IMG/VR virus record: IMGVR_UViG_3300024259_000040 | Coordinates: 1 to 56,711 of that record | Reading direction: 5' to 3' (one strand) | DNA length: 56,711 nucleotides | Source of the DNA: a virus | Taxonomy: Duplodnaviria; Caudoviricetes | In this document: positions 16,459 through 25,096 of the stretch, one piece after another | How positions within the stretch are numbered: position 1 is the first letter of the stretch | How the letters are laid out: each line of letters starts with the position of its first letter | Made by a program: the position numbers and the translations under genes | Notes under the pieces: generated by a model | Told to the model about the DNA's origin: nothing | Databases searched by the model: none | The model's input: the letters and a program-made list of their open reading frames with translations, nothing else

Positions 16459-16649
16459 TGAAGATGTGTGACGAACCAACGTATGAAGAGGCCGTTTGCG
16501 CCGCAGTCGCAATTATCGAGGAAGGCAATAAAGACCCGCTTGGGCCATACTGGTCGGCGAAGGCGTTCTTGGCAATGGAGAGGCACAAAGCACATAAACC
16601 CCTACTGTTTACCAAAGACGGAGTAAATCTGAAAGGGCTGAGTAAATGA
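16455..16649 (+). CDS. Hypothetical protein (AT-richer insert)
   Basis: ATGA coupling. Confidence 0.5.
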   Translation: MMKMCDEPTYEEAVCAAVAIIEEGNKDPLGPYWSAKAFLAMERHKAHKPLLFTKDGVNLKGLSK

Positions 16650-16870
16650 ACGCGTCAAGGGACGATTCCATGGAGTCTCTGCGGAAAATTCTATGGGCAA
16701 AGCAAGTCGCCGAGATTTCAATCATGGAAGGTATTCGTTTGAAAATGCTTATCAAGGCACTGATCGTCCACAACCGAATTGGCTCCAGGCCCGGTTATGA
16801 GCGGTGGGCGCTGAACCAATACAATTCTTGGTGCTTCCTCAATAATTACTGGGGTAGATCCAAAGCATGA
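16646..16870 (+). CDS. Hypothetical protein (AT-richer insert)
   Basis: ATGA coupling at both ends. Confidence 0.5.
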   Translation: MNASRDDSMESLRKILWAKQVAEISIMEGIRLKMLIKALIVHNRIGSRPGYERWALNQYNSWCFLNNYWGRSKA

Positions 16871-17823
16871 ACCGCCTCGTCCGTGTCTGGCAGCACGCTG
16901 ACCCGCCCATCATCGACCTGTTCCTGTCGCCGGACGCCGATAAGCCGCTGCGCGAGCAGACGGCCGACCTACGGGCGACACGCCTGTGGATGGCCGCTGC
17001 GCCACCCGACGAGACAGGGCCGTCCTATGCGTGCGTTGTTGGGGAGATCTACGACGGCGACCTGGCGCAAAAAGACCGTCCGAAGCTACTGCTGGATGAG
17101 ACGGTCGGCCTCGATCCGGCTGACTTCACGGACGATGAGTGCGAGAAATACGCCATCTACCCGCCCCATATCATCGAGAAGATACGCGCCGGCGACCTGC
17201 AGCACGAAGAGACGACGACGCTGGGCAACTACCGGCGCGGCGTCGTGGCGCTCAAGGATCTCTATCGCCCCAATATGCTGTTCGTTCCCGGGCAAGGGCT
17301 GGACTGGTCGCAAGAGACGTACGCGCGCGAGATACAGACCAACAAGTTCTTCCGTCAGATCGTTTACACCGAGGGGCTGCAGATCTACGACACGCGCTTT
17401 GAGGACGATTTCGAGAAGTGGTTCCCGTTCGGCGGCGCACGTCATCGCATCGGCATACAGACCGTCCGCGAGGATGCTGACTTCGACCAGCGCATTGTCG
17501 ATAACCTATTCGCCATCGACGCCCTGCAGGTCGCCTCGACCTGTCGCCTGTTCCATGCACGCTCGACCTGGGCGCCGATACGGCGGGCGCTGGCTATCGT
17601 CCTGGCGCAGATGCAGGACCAGGATCTGACCTATCAGATGCGCGAGTGGGACGAGGGCGAGAAGGGCTACACCGAGGCGGCGAAGATGGAGCGCGACGAG
17701 AAAGAGGCGCTGGAGCGCGCCATGGACGAGGCGATCGCCGACGCGGCGTTCCAGGCCGGTATCGACATAGGTGTCGCACCCGAGGCGATGGACGAGGACG
17801 ACCCCGGCGGCGTGGCGCTGTAA
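16867..17823 (+). CDS. Hypothetical protein upstream of the portal
   Basis: 318-aa ORF with genome-typical codon usage. Confidence 0.7.
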   Translation: MNRLVRVWQHADPPIIDLFLSPDADKPLREQTADLRATRLWMAAAPPDETGPSYACVVGEIYDGDLAQKDRPKLLLDETVGLDPADFTDDECEKYAIYPPHIIEKIRAGDLQHEETTTLGNYRRGVVALKDLYRPNMLFVPGQGLDWSQETYAREIQTNKFFRQIVYTEGLQIYDTRFEDDFEKWFPFGGARHRIGIQTVREDADFDQRIVDNLFAIDALQVASTCRLFHARSTWAPIRRALAIVLAQMQDQDLTYQMREWDEGEKGYTEAAKMERDEKEALERAMDEAIADAAFQAGIDIGVAPEAMDEDDPGGVAL

Positions 17824-17895
17824 AAGGAAGGAGAGGAGACGATGAGCGCAATAGGCGCAACCCACTCCTCTGAGAATTCCCCCACCCCCTGAAAA

Positions 17896-18016
17896 ACGAC
17901 CGATAAAGGAAATACTTGGGTCGGTCGTCGTCCTCGGGCGCACGGCGACCTTCTCTGCGGGCCGGCGTGGCGGCTTCACCTCCTGCCGCTACGTCGGCCA
18001 TCCCAAGCGCGCCCGA
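17896..18016 (+). ncRNA. Candidate structured RNA (two hairpins plus a possible pseudoknot; loop UUCACCUCCU)
   Basis: Stems 17896-903/17921-28, 17934-41/18009-16 and 17960-74/17985-99; CTTGGG (17915) complements CCCAAG (18002). Confidence 0.45.
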
Positions 18017-18084
18017 CTAAACAGCTTACCCATATCTTACCTGTGGCCTGCCCGACCACTCCAGTCGAGCAGGCTCTTTCTATT

Positions 18085-20124
18085 ATGGCGCCGAAGATAA
18101 GACACTTCCACGACGACGACCCTGACGACCTGGACGGGATCGCCCAAGAGGTCAACGAGGAGACGCAACGCGGTATCGGCGCGTGTGGTAGCTGGCGTGC
18201 AGAGGCGCGCACGGCGCTGCGCTACTATCGCTCCGATCAGTACCGCCTCCGCAAGGGCGCTGACCTGCACCGTATACGCATGGTGGCCAACTTCGTGCGG
18301 CGCGATGCCGACAAGAAGGTCAACAGTATCCTCGACAGCGAGCCTATCATCACGCCGCGCGGGCGCCGTCCGAAGTTTCAGGACATGGCGCAGATGCTCA
18401 TACAGATACTCGACTGGACGCGCGACGAAGAGGAGAACTACGAGGCGGACCTGGAGGATGGGACGACCGACTGTGTCCACATGGGCGAGGGCGTCCTTTA
18501 CGAGGGCTGGAACCAGGACGCCGATGAGGGGCGGGGGATGCCCGAGACGAAGTGGTTCGATAGTCGGTATGTCGTGTGGGATGATGGGGGACGCGACTGG
18601 CAGCGCGACGATGTCGAGTTCGTCGTCGTCCTCGAACACCTACCGACCAAGCGTATCCAGAAGATGTGGGATCTGGAGGACGAGCCAGAGGCCGAGGGGC
18701 TGGAGCTGTTCCTTACCTCTGCACAGATGGACCGCCTGGCCGCCCGCACGGGCGGGGCATCCAATGACGTAACGACCAACGGCGTAAAGAAGGCGTGGGT
18801 CAAGCGGCGCTGGAAGAAGCGTAAGAAATATGAGCTGAAATTCTTTCAGAGTGGCGAGCCGGCGCAGTTCGAGGAGGGCGGCGATCAGTTCGACATGACG
18901 CCCCAGCAATATGACGAGCTATCACCCGACCAGCAGGTAGGTATCCTGCAGATAAGCATCCCCGAGGAGGAGCTGTGGGAGACGGTCGTCTGTGGCGACG
19001 AGGTGCTGGAGCATCATATCAGTCCCTTCTGCGCGACGCAGGGCGGCCATGGCCTCTACCCGTTCGGCTTCTTCCAGGGCATACGCCTACGCGACGAGAG
19101 CCGCGCGCGCGGTGAGATAGGCTTTCTTATCGGCGTCTCGGACGTGCGCAACGAGGTCATCTCGATGATGCTCGACCAGGCGTTCCTGGCCAATAGCGGT
19201 TACATGGGCGTCGTCGCCGGGTCGATGGACCCCAACGAGCGCAAGAAGGTCAACCAGATCGGCCGGCGGTTCCCGCTGGTGATCGAGACACTTCAGGGTA
19301 TGCCGGGGCCGAGCTGGCAGGGCATCAACCCCTCCGGCACCAACGTCTTTCAGCAGATCCTACCCATCATCGACAGCATACAGGACCGCGAATCGGGTCA
19401 TGGACCGTTCGATCGTGGCGAGCTGGTTTCACAGGAATACTCCGGTCGCGCGATACGCGCCATCCAAGCGGCCGCTGACCAGCTCGGCGTCGCCCTACGC
19501 AAGCATATCGAGTCTGGAATGAAGCGTATCACGCTCCTGCGGCTCCACAACATCAGTCAGTTCATGCGCGGCAACCGCGTGGCCGACATCGTCAACAAGG
19601 ATACCGGCAAGGAAGAGTCGATCTACATCGGCGACAATGCAATGGAGATCATGGTCACGCATGGCCTGGAGGAGTCGCAAGACCCCCTGACGGGCGAGCC
19701 GATCCTTCTCGACCCACAGACGGGCGAGCCGGCGCGTATCCTGGCGCTCAACGACGACGTGACACGCGAGAATATTTTCAACAAGATACGGCTCAAGCTG
19801 GACACCGACAGGGAGAAGAACAAGGTCGAGCGCGAGGAGGACGCCCGCGAGGTGCTGGCACAAGCTGGTCCCGGGGCGCTCAACTGGTTCCTCCAGCAGA
19901 AGGGACTCGATAACGAAGATACGCTCATGGGCGACCTGGAGAAGTATAACAAGGGGCTGCAGTATGAGCAGCGCCTGACCGCCCTGCAGGAGCAGTATGG
20001 CGCCGATCCCGAGGCGGCCCTGGAGATGCTCGAACAGGCGTTCGCTGGCGGTGGACAACAGATAACCCAACAACCGGCCATGGGCGGCACGCCTATCGTC
20101 GGACAGCCCGAAGGGGGGATGTAA
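18085..20124 (+). CDS. Portal protein (P22-like)
   Basis: WRAEARTALRYYRSDQY...NFVRR; GEG; YPFGFF...GEI; SGRAI; size and position before scaffold and capsid. Confidence 0.85.
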   Translation: MAPKIRHFHDDDPDDLDGIAQEVNEETQRGIGACGSWRAEARTALRYYRSDQYRLRKGADLHRIRMVANFVRRDADKKVNSILDSEPIITPRGRRPKFQDMAQMLIQILDWTRDEEENYEADLEDGTTDCVHMGEGVLYEGWNQDADEGRGMPETKWFDSRYVVWDDGGRDWQRDDVEFVVVLEHLPTKRIQKMWDLEDEPEAEGLELFLTSAQMDRLAARTGGASNDVTTNGVKKAWVKRRWKKRKKYELKFFQSGEPAQFEEGGDQFDMTPQQYDELSPDQQVGILQISIPEEELWETVVCGDEVLEHHISPFCATQGGHGLYPFGFFQGIRLRDESRARGEIGFLIGVSDVRNEVISMMLDQAFLANSGYMGVVAGSMDPNERKKVNQIGRRFPLVIETLQGMPGPSWQGINPSGTNVFQQILPIIDSIQDRESGHGPFDRGELVSQEYSGRAIRAIQAAADQLGVALRKHIESGMKRITLLRLHNISQFMRGNRVADIVNKDTGKEESIYIGDNAMEIMVTHGLEESQDPLTGEPILLDPQTGEPARILALNDDVTRENIFNKIRLKLDTDREKNKVEREEDAREVLAQAGPGALNWFLQQKGLDNEDTLMGDLEKYNKGLQYEQRLTALQEQYGADPEAALEMLEQAFAGGGQQITQQPAMGGTPIVGQPEGGM

Positions 20125-20127
20125 ATC

Positions 20128-20811
20128 ATGCCCGCGATCATAGTGAAGGACAGCGACAAGGCGCCGTCAGGCTTCGACGCGGCGGCGCTCAACATGAAGG
20201 AGCGGACGGTCCTGGTCGATACGGAGATGGACGACGGTGGCTGGCGCATGGGACCGCCCTTTTCTGAGGTCCACCGCGCCGTCCTGTTCGCTGTTATCCA
20301 TAGTAACCCCGAGCTGCGGCGCTTGCACGCCTATTACGAGCCGCACATGACCGAGGCGCAGCAGAAGAAGAATTTCGACGTGGGCTTTTTTACGGCTCGG
20401 TTCGATCGCTTCGATGCGGCGCTCAACTGGTCGGCAGCGGCGCGCGACGGTATACCCGGCCGTCATATCGCCATAGCCTACAGAAGCGAGCCAGTGGGCG
20501 TGATCGGTCCCTACAAGACGATACGAACCTGCTGGAAGTGCAACCTGGAGGGCTACCGCGACGCCGAGAAGACGCTGCCGTGGGTCGTCCCGGGGCAACC
20601 CTGCCCGCGTTGTCGGTCGCTCGACTGGTGGGCGACAGGCATAACCGTCAATCCAAGGACCGGACGGCCTTTTATTGTGCCGATACAGGAACTACAGGAT
20701 GCAGCGGCGCAGGTCGTAGCCAAAGAGACGGGCGCCGACTATTACTGGAACGCTTTTAATGGCGATAAGGCGCAGATGGAGTTGCGCCAGATGAAAGAGA
20801 AGGAGGACTAA
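20128..20811 (+). CDS. Hypothetical protein with a Zn ribbon
   Basis: CWKC...CPRC; located between portal and scaffold. Confidence 0.65.
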   Translation: MPAIIVKDSDKAPSGFDAAALNMKERTVLVDTEMDDGGWRMGPPFSEVHRAVLFAVIHSNPELRRLHAYYEPHMTEAQQKKNFDVGFFTARFDRFDAALNWSAAARDGIPGRHIAIAYRSEPVGVIGPYKTIRTCWKCNLEGYRDAEKTLPWVVPGQPCPRCRSLDWWATGITVNPRTGRPFIVPIQELQDAAAQVVAKETGADYYWNAFNGDKAQMELRQMKEKED

Positions 20812-20915
20812 CGGCGCGATCAGCGCGACGCCATACAACTGAATAGATACAGTAACACCTGAAGTTAATCCTTCGTAGCCCGCCCGAGACTACGGGGCGC
20901 ATGTCGCTTATCCGG

Positions 20916-21044
20916 CGACCACTGCAGCTCCTTCTCCAGCGGGTTTTTTTGCTTCCATCCATGGCCACGACCACTGGCCGCCATGTCAACCCGGCACGTC
21001 GCTAACCTCTTCGCAGAAGGGGCCGACCACTACCGACGACCACT
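20916..21044 (+). promoter_or_regulatory. Four copies of CGACCACT in the leader of the scaffold/capsid genes
   Basis: Copies at 20916, 20968, 21024, 21037; a further copy at 18053 before the portal. Confidence 0.5.
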
Positions 21045-21079
21045 GGCGCGTGCAAGTCACGGCGAAAGGACGAGAAACA

Positions 21080-22069
21080 ATGGTTTTCGATGAACTGCTG
21101 CACAAAGGATTTCACTTCGCACAGGATGAGGGGGGCGGTGGGGGCGTAGCCGACGACGCGGGTGGCACCGACAGCGGCGAAGGCGGAGAGGCCGGCGGTG
21201 AGACGCAGGATGAGGTCTTCGAGGTCGGCGGCGAGCAACTGAGCCGCGACGAAGTCATCAAGCGCGCCGAGAACCACGGCAAGCTCCAGGGCGAGTATAC
21301 GCAGACGCGACAGGAGATGGCCGAGTTGAAGGGCCGCCTGGATGAGGTCTCCCGCCGACAGACGACCCCACAGGAGACGCAGGCCAAGGAGGAGGAACCC
21401 GACTTCGAGGGGCGCCTGGATGATCTGATGGCCGACCCCTACGCGGATGACTTCAAAAAAAACATGGCCGCCCTACGGCGCGAGGAGAGAGAGTGGCAGC
21501 AGCAGCAGTCAGAGCGCGGCATCGCCGACATAGAGAATCGCGTGACGCAGCGCCTGACAGCCACCGAGCGGGCCACCGAGATCGACCGGCATAACCGCGA
21601 TGTGTTCGACGCGGTCCTGGCCGACAAGGAGCGTGTCCCGATCAACATCACGAAGGAAGAGAAGGACGCCCTGTGGGCGGACTTTGAGAAGCACATCGGC
21701 GAGGGTTACGGCGAGTATGATGCCGGCGCCCGACGCTTCCGGCGCAACGAGGAGGCGGTCGAGACGGCCCTGTTCGCGGTTAAGAGCGTCAAGGAAAAAC
21801 TACTGGCTCACCGCGATGCACAGACGCGCGACGAGGGGCTGCGCGGACGCGCCAAGGGCGAGGGGGCCACACGGTCGGCCCCCACCACCACCGCGCGCCC
21901 ATCAGGTCGGCCCCACGAGGAAGCGTTCGATGAGACGGTCGATTGGCTACGCGAGCAGACGCCCGCCGCACGGAGCCGCTTCTACCGGGAGAACCCGCAG
22001 TTCGTGGACCGCTACGAGAAAGAAGAATCCCGTCGGAGACGGGAGTATTTAGACGATAATCCCAGCTAA
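21080..22069 (+). CDS. Capsid scaffolding protein
   Basis: Acidic and helical (YTQTRQEMAE), immediately upstream of the capsid gene. Confidence 0.75.
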   Translation: MVFDELLHKGFHFAQDEGGGGGVADDAGGTDSGEGGEAGGETQDEVFEVGGEQLSRDEVIKRAENHGKLQGEYTQTRQEMAELKGRLDEVSRRQTTPQETQAKEEEPDFEGRLDDLMADPYADDFKKNMAALRREEREWQQQQSERGIADIENRVTQRLTATERATEIDRHNRDVFDAVLADKERVPINITKEEKDALWADFEKHIGEGYGEYDAGARRFRRNEEAVETALFAVKSVKEKLLAHRDAQTRDEGLRGRAKGEGATRSAPTTTARPSGRPHEEAFDETVDWLREQTPAARSRFYRENPQFVDRYEKEESRRRREYLDDNPS

Positions 22070-22118
22070 ATACACCCCCTGTCTCCGGCCTTAACGATCA
22101 ATACAGGAGACAAGGGAA

Positions 22119-23249
22119 ATGTCAAACGATGCCTCTACCTCCAAAAGTTATCCCATCGGGTCGGCTGATCCGCTGACGGAGGAAATTTGGAGCCAAAAAA
22201 CGCACATCGAAGCGGAGAAGCTCAACTTCTTCAACCGCAAAGGGCTTACCGCAGAGGACAAGGGCGAGGAAGATCCGTTCAAGCGCCCGGGCGGCCCGCC
22301 CATCGTGACCAAGTCGGAGTTCGGGAAGAAAGCCGGGCAGAAGCTCAACCTGCGTATGCGCCAGCAGCTCAACCGGGGTATGCGCCTGGACGAGGATGGC
22401 GCCACCACCCTCACCACCTACACGCGCGGCACCAACTACGCGGTCGGCTACGAGGAGGCGCTGGTCTACCGCGATTGTCAGGTGTGGCTCGACAAGCTCA
22501 AGCACTTCGTCGCGATGGACTCGCCGGACATCAATCAACACCGCACCTCCATCGAGATGGAGCCGGAGATGAAGGCGGCCCTGTCGCAGTGGATCACCCA
22601 CAACGAGGAGGAGATTTACGTCGATGGTATGCTCGACGGGTCGGCTTACATTGCTCAGCAGGACAGCCTCACCTCGGCGGTGACGCACCCGCACACCTAC
22701 CGTATCAGCGGCGCCAATGCCGTCGGCGAGATCGGCGAGACGCACATCATGTCGGCGGTCGAGCTGCGGCGTATCATGCGCTTCTGCATCGTCAAGAAGC
22801 TCAGTCCCATCGACGTGGATGGCGAGGAAGCGTTCGTCGTCCTACTGTCGTCGGCGCTCGTCTCGCAGCTCCTCAACGACGAGGAGTTCCAGCGGGTCGT
22901 TTCTCAAGCCGGCGCACGCGGGGCGGACAACCCCCTCATCAGTGGGTCCATCGGCAAGTTCTACAACCTCTACCTGTTCCAGTACGAGCGCAACAGGACC
23001 GTCACCTCGTACGACAATGTCGAGCAGGTGATGATCCTGGGATCGAACGCGGTGGCTGTGGGCTACGGCTCCGAGCCGCGCTTCCTCGTGCGCAACGAGG
23101 ACGGTTATGGGGATCGGTTCGGGCGGGGTATCGCTCGCATCATCGGCGTCGGACGGATGGATTTCGCTGACAAGGATGATACCGATCTGGTCAACCAGTC
23201 CTCGGGCCTGTGGCAGGTCTACAAGGACCAGGACGAATTCGACGGATAA
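22119..23249 (+). CDS. Major capsid protein (N4 gp56/DUF4043-like)
   Basis: EIWS...FF...PIVTKSEFGKKAG...GYEEAL; NPLISGSIG; ILGSNAVAVGYG. Confidence 0.85.
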   Translation: MSNDASTSKSYPIGSADPLTEEIWSQKTHIEAEKLNFFNRKGLTAEDKGEEDPFKRPGGPPIVTKSEFGKKAGQKLNLRMRQQLNRGMRLDEDGATTLTTYTRGTNYAVGYEEALVYRDCQVWLDKLKHFVAMDSPDINQHRTSIEMEPEMKAALSQWITHNEEEIYVDGMLDGSAYIAQQDSLTSAVTHPHTYRISGANAVGEIGETHIMSAVELRRIMRFCIVKKLSPIDVDGEEAFVVLLSSALVSQLLNDEEFQRVVSQAGARGADNPLISGSIGKFYNLYLFQYERNRTVTSYDNVEQVMILGSNAVAVGYGSEPRFLVRNEDGYGDRFGRGIARIIGVGRMDFADKDDTDLVNQSSGLWQVYKDQDEFDG

Positions 23250-23338
23250 GATAGGCTGGCAGCAGCCTTAACCCGGGTGACGCCGTCCTGATCGACGGTA
23301 TCACTCACCCTCTCAACACCTTCACAAGGAGAGCAACA

Positions 23339-23914
23339 ATGTTTCGGAAACTGACCGCGCTTCTCATTGTGGCGCTGCTGGCCGTCCCGCTCCTGGTCGG
23401 CCCGGCCGACGCCGGAAAAGAGAACCGCCTGTGGGAAAACCGGTATCAGAACCGCGCCGGATGGGCGCGCGCTGATACCATCGGGATCGGCTGGGGGGCT
23501 GGCACGATGGACACCAATCTCGACACGCTGGCCGCTGCGACCTCTGACACGACCCTCGCCTTCGATATTGAGGGCTGTTCGGCCATTGTCGTGACGGTGG
23601 TCCAGAAAGAGGTGATCGCCGGGTCGAACGTGACCTATACGGTTCAGGTGAGCGACGATCGCACCAACTGGACCTCTATCACGCCGACCTTCTCGAAGGC
23701 GTCCTCGTCCGCCACCTTCATCCGCCAGGTCGTCTATGCCGAGGCGGTCCCCGACTCGATTGTGGGGAGCATGTTCGGTAATAGCGAAAACCGGGGGATC
23801 ATCAGCACGGCGAGCTATATGCGTGTGATCGGCAACCTGGGGTATATGACCGGCACGGACTCGACGATGCACAACTACATCGTCAAGAAGAAGTGGCCCC
23901 TCGATCCTAAGTAG
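23339..23914 (+). CDS. Signal-peptide-bearing beta-rich protein directly after the capsid (decoration/cement candidate)
   Basis: AGGAG SD; MFRKLTALLIVALLAVPLLVGPADA|; VQVSDDRTNW strand motif; 5 sequons. Confidence 0.7.
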   Translation: MFRKLTALLIVALLAVPLLVGPADAGKENRLWENRYQNRAGWARADTIGIGWGAGTMDTNLDTLAAATSDTTLAFDIEGCSAIVVTVVQKEVIAGSNVTYTVQVSDDRTNWTSITPTFSKASSSATFIRQVVYAEAVPDSIVGSMFGNSENRGIISTASYMRVIGNLGYMTGTDSTMHNYIVKKKWPLDPK

Positions 23915-23944
23915 CGCGCCGGCGCACACGGCAGATGTCTTCAA

Positions 23945-23979
23945 CCCGGGGGGCATGGTTAGCCCCCCGGGCTTTCCTT
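23945..23979 (+). terminator. Intrinsic terminator after the capsid-decoration pair
   Basis: CCCGGGGGGC-atggtta-GCCCCCCGGG-CTTTCCTT. Confidence 0.7.
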
Positions 23980-24007
23980 AAAAACAGCTCATCACGGAGG
24001 TTGATCC

Positions 24008-24379
24008 ATGCTTTCTAAAGGCCCGGTCCTGGTCGAATACCTCGGCAAAGCCAATAACATCAAGCAACAGCATCGCGGCGCACGCGGCGTCCTGACGTTC
24101 GCGCCCGACCCGCAGTATAACGGCCGTCGCGTCGTCCGGTTCGACTCGGAAGAGAACGCTATCACGTTCATTAACCGCATGAACTATCCCAACAAAGGTA
24201 TTTTCGCCCTCGCCGAAGATCTCATCCTCGCCGAGGACCAGGCGGCCGTCAAGAAGGTCGTCGAAGAGGTCGTCGCCCCGCTATTCGAGGCGATCGAGCG
24301 TATCGAGGCGCAACTGGCCGACAGGCCCGCCGCCCGTAGTCGTAAGAAGAAACCGCTCGAACCGCCCAGCGAAGGGTAA
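24008..24379 (+). CDS. Hypothetical head-associated protein
   Basis: GGAGG SD; position. Confidence 0.65.
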   Translation: MLSKGPVLVEYLGKANNIKQQHRGARGVLTFAPDPQYNGRRVVRFDSEENAITFINRMNYPNKGIFALAEDLILAEDQAAVKKVVEEVVAPLFEAIERIEAQLADRPAARSRKKKPLEPPSEG

Positions 24380-24382
24380 GAC

Positions 24383-25096
24383 ATGGGAACCAAGACGTTC
24401 GCCAACCTACGCACGTCCATCGCACGGCTAGGACATTGGACCATCACGGACACGGACTCGGCCTCCTATGCGGCGGCGACCGCAGCGGCCGAGGCGGGCC
24501 TGGCCGCTGTCGATAACGTCGCCGGCTGGCCGTATGCCGAGGTGCAGGCTACTTACACGCTGGCCGACGACCTGACCAGCTCCTATAAGCTGGCGCTCCC
24601 TGCGCGTCTCCTGCATCTACAGACCAAGTCGTTCCACTACGGCACGACACGCAGCTCTTACCTGGGGTGGCGCGACCTGGGTTGGATCGACGCGCAGCTC
24701 GGTCCCAACTGGCGCCAGTCGAGCGGCGCGGACGGCACGCCGCGATATATCTGTCGTGTCGGCAATAGCTTCTGGATCGCCCCCAAGCCGTCCTCCACGT
24801 TCCAGTCAGACTACCCCTACCTCTACTATGGTTACTTCCGGATGGAGGACGCCGACGACGCGACGCTCCTCATGCCCAACACCTGGTTCAATTACGCCGT
24901 GCATGGGGGGTTGGCCGAGGGGCTGAAGGGGAAAGATGACAGCGATCAGCAGTATTACGAGAACCTGTTCGAGAACGTCGATAAGCCCAAGATGCTCGGT
25001 GCTAATTTGCACCTAGACGAGAACGACCAAATGGAGGGCAGTGCGTTGGCCGAAGAACTCAACGGCGATTTTTCCGATGAGCAGGGGTATTACTGA
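24383..25096 (+). CDS. Head-tail adaptor protein (podoviral)
   Basis: TFANLRTSI, YKLALP, GTPRY, WIAPKP; position before the nozzle. Confidence 0.65.
   Translation: MGTKTFANLRTSIARLGHWTITDTDSASYAAATAAAEAGLAAVDNVAGWPYAEVQATYTLADDLTSSYKLALPARLLHLQTKSFHYGTTRSSYLGWRDLGWIDAQLGPNWRQSSGADGTPRYICRVGNSFWIAPKPSSTFQSDYPYLYYGYFRMEDADDATLLMPNTWFNYAVHGGLAEGLKGKDDSDQQYYENLFENVDKPKMLGANLHLDENDQMEGSALAEELNGDFSDEQGYY

Noticed and set aside
16867-17823. Second terminase nuclease-like (RNase H fold) domain
   Set aside because: Suggested only by position and a YACVVGE...LLDE pattern; catalytic motifs not convincingly identified
22187-23170. 327-aa alternative-frame ORF inside the capsid gene, and similar long Arg/Pro-rich or antisense ORFs (4637-5641, 4759-5511, 16883-17629, 30240-31196, 33265-34191)
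   Set aside because: No motifs; expected shadow ORFs of high-GC coding DNA, unlike the HNH and MTase-beta overlaps, which have recognisable motifs
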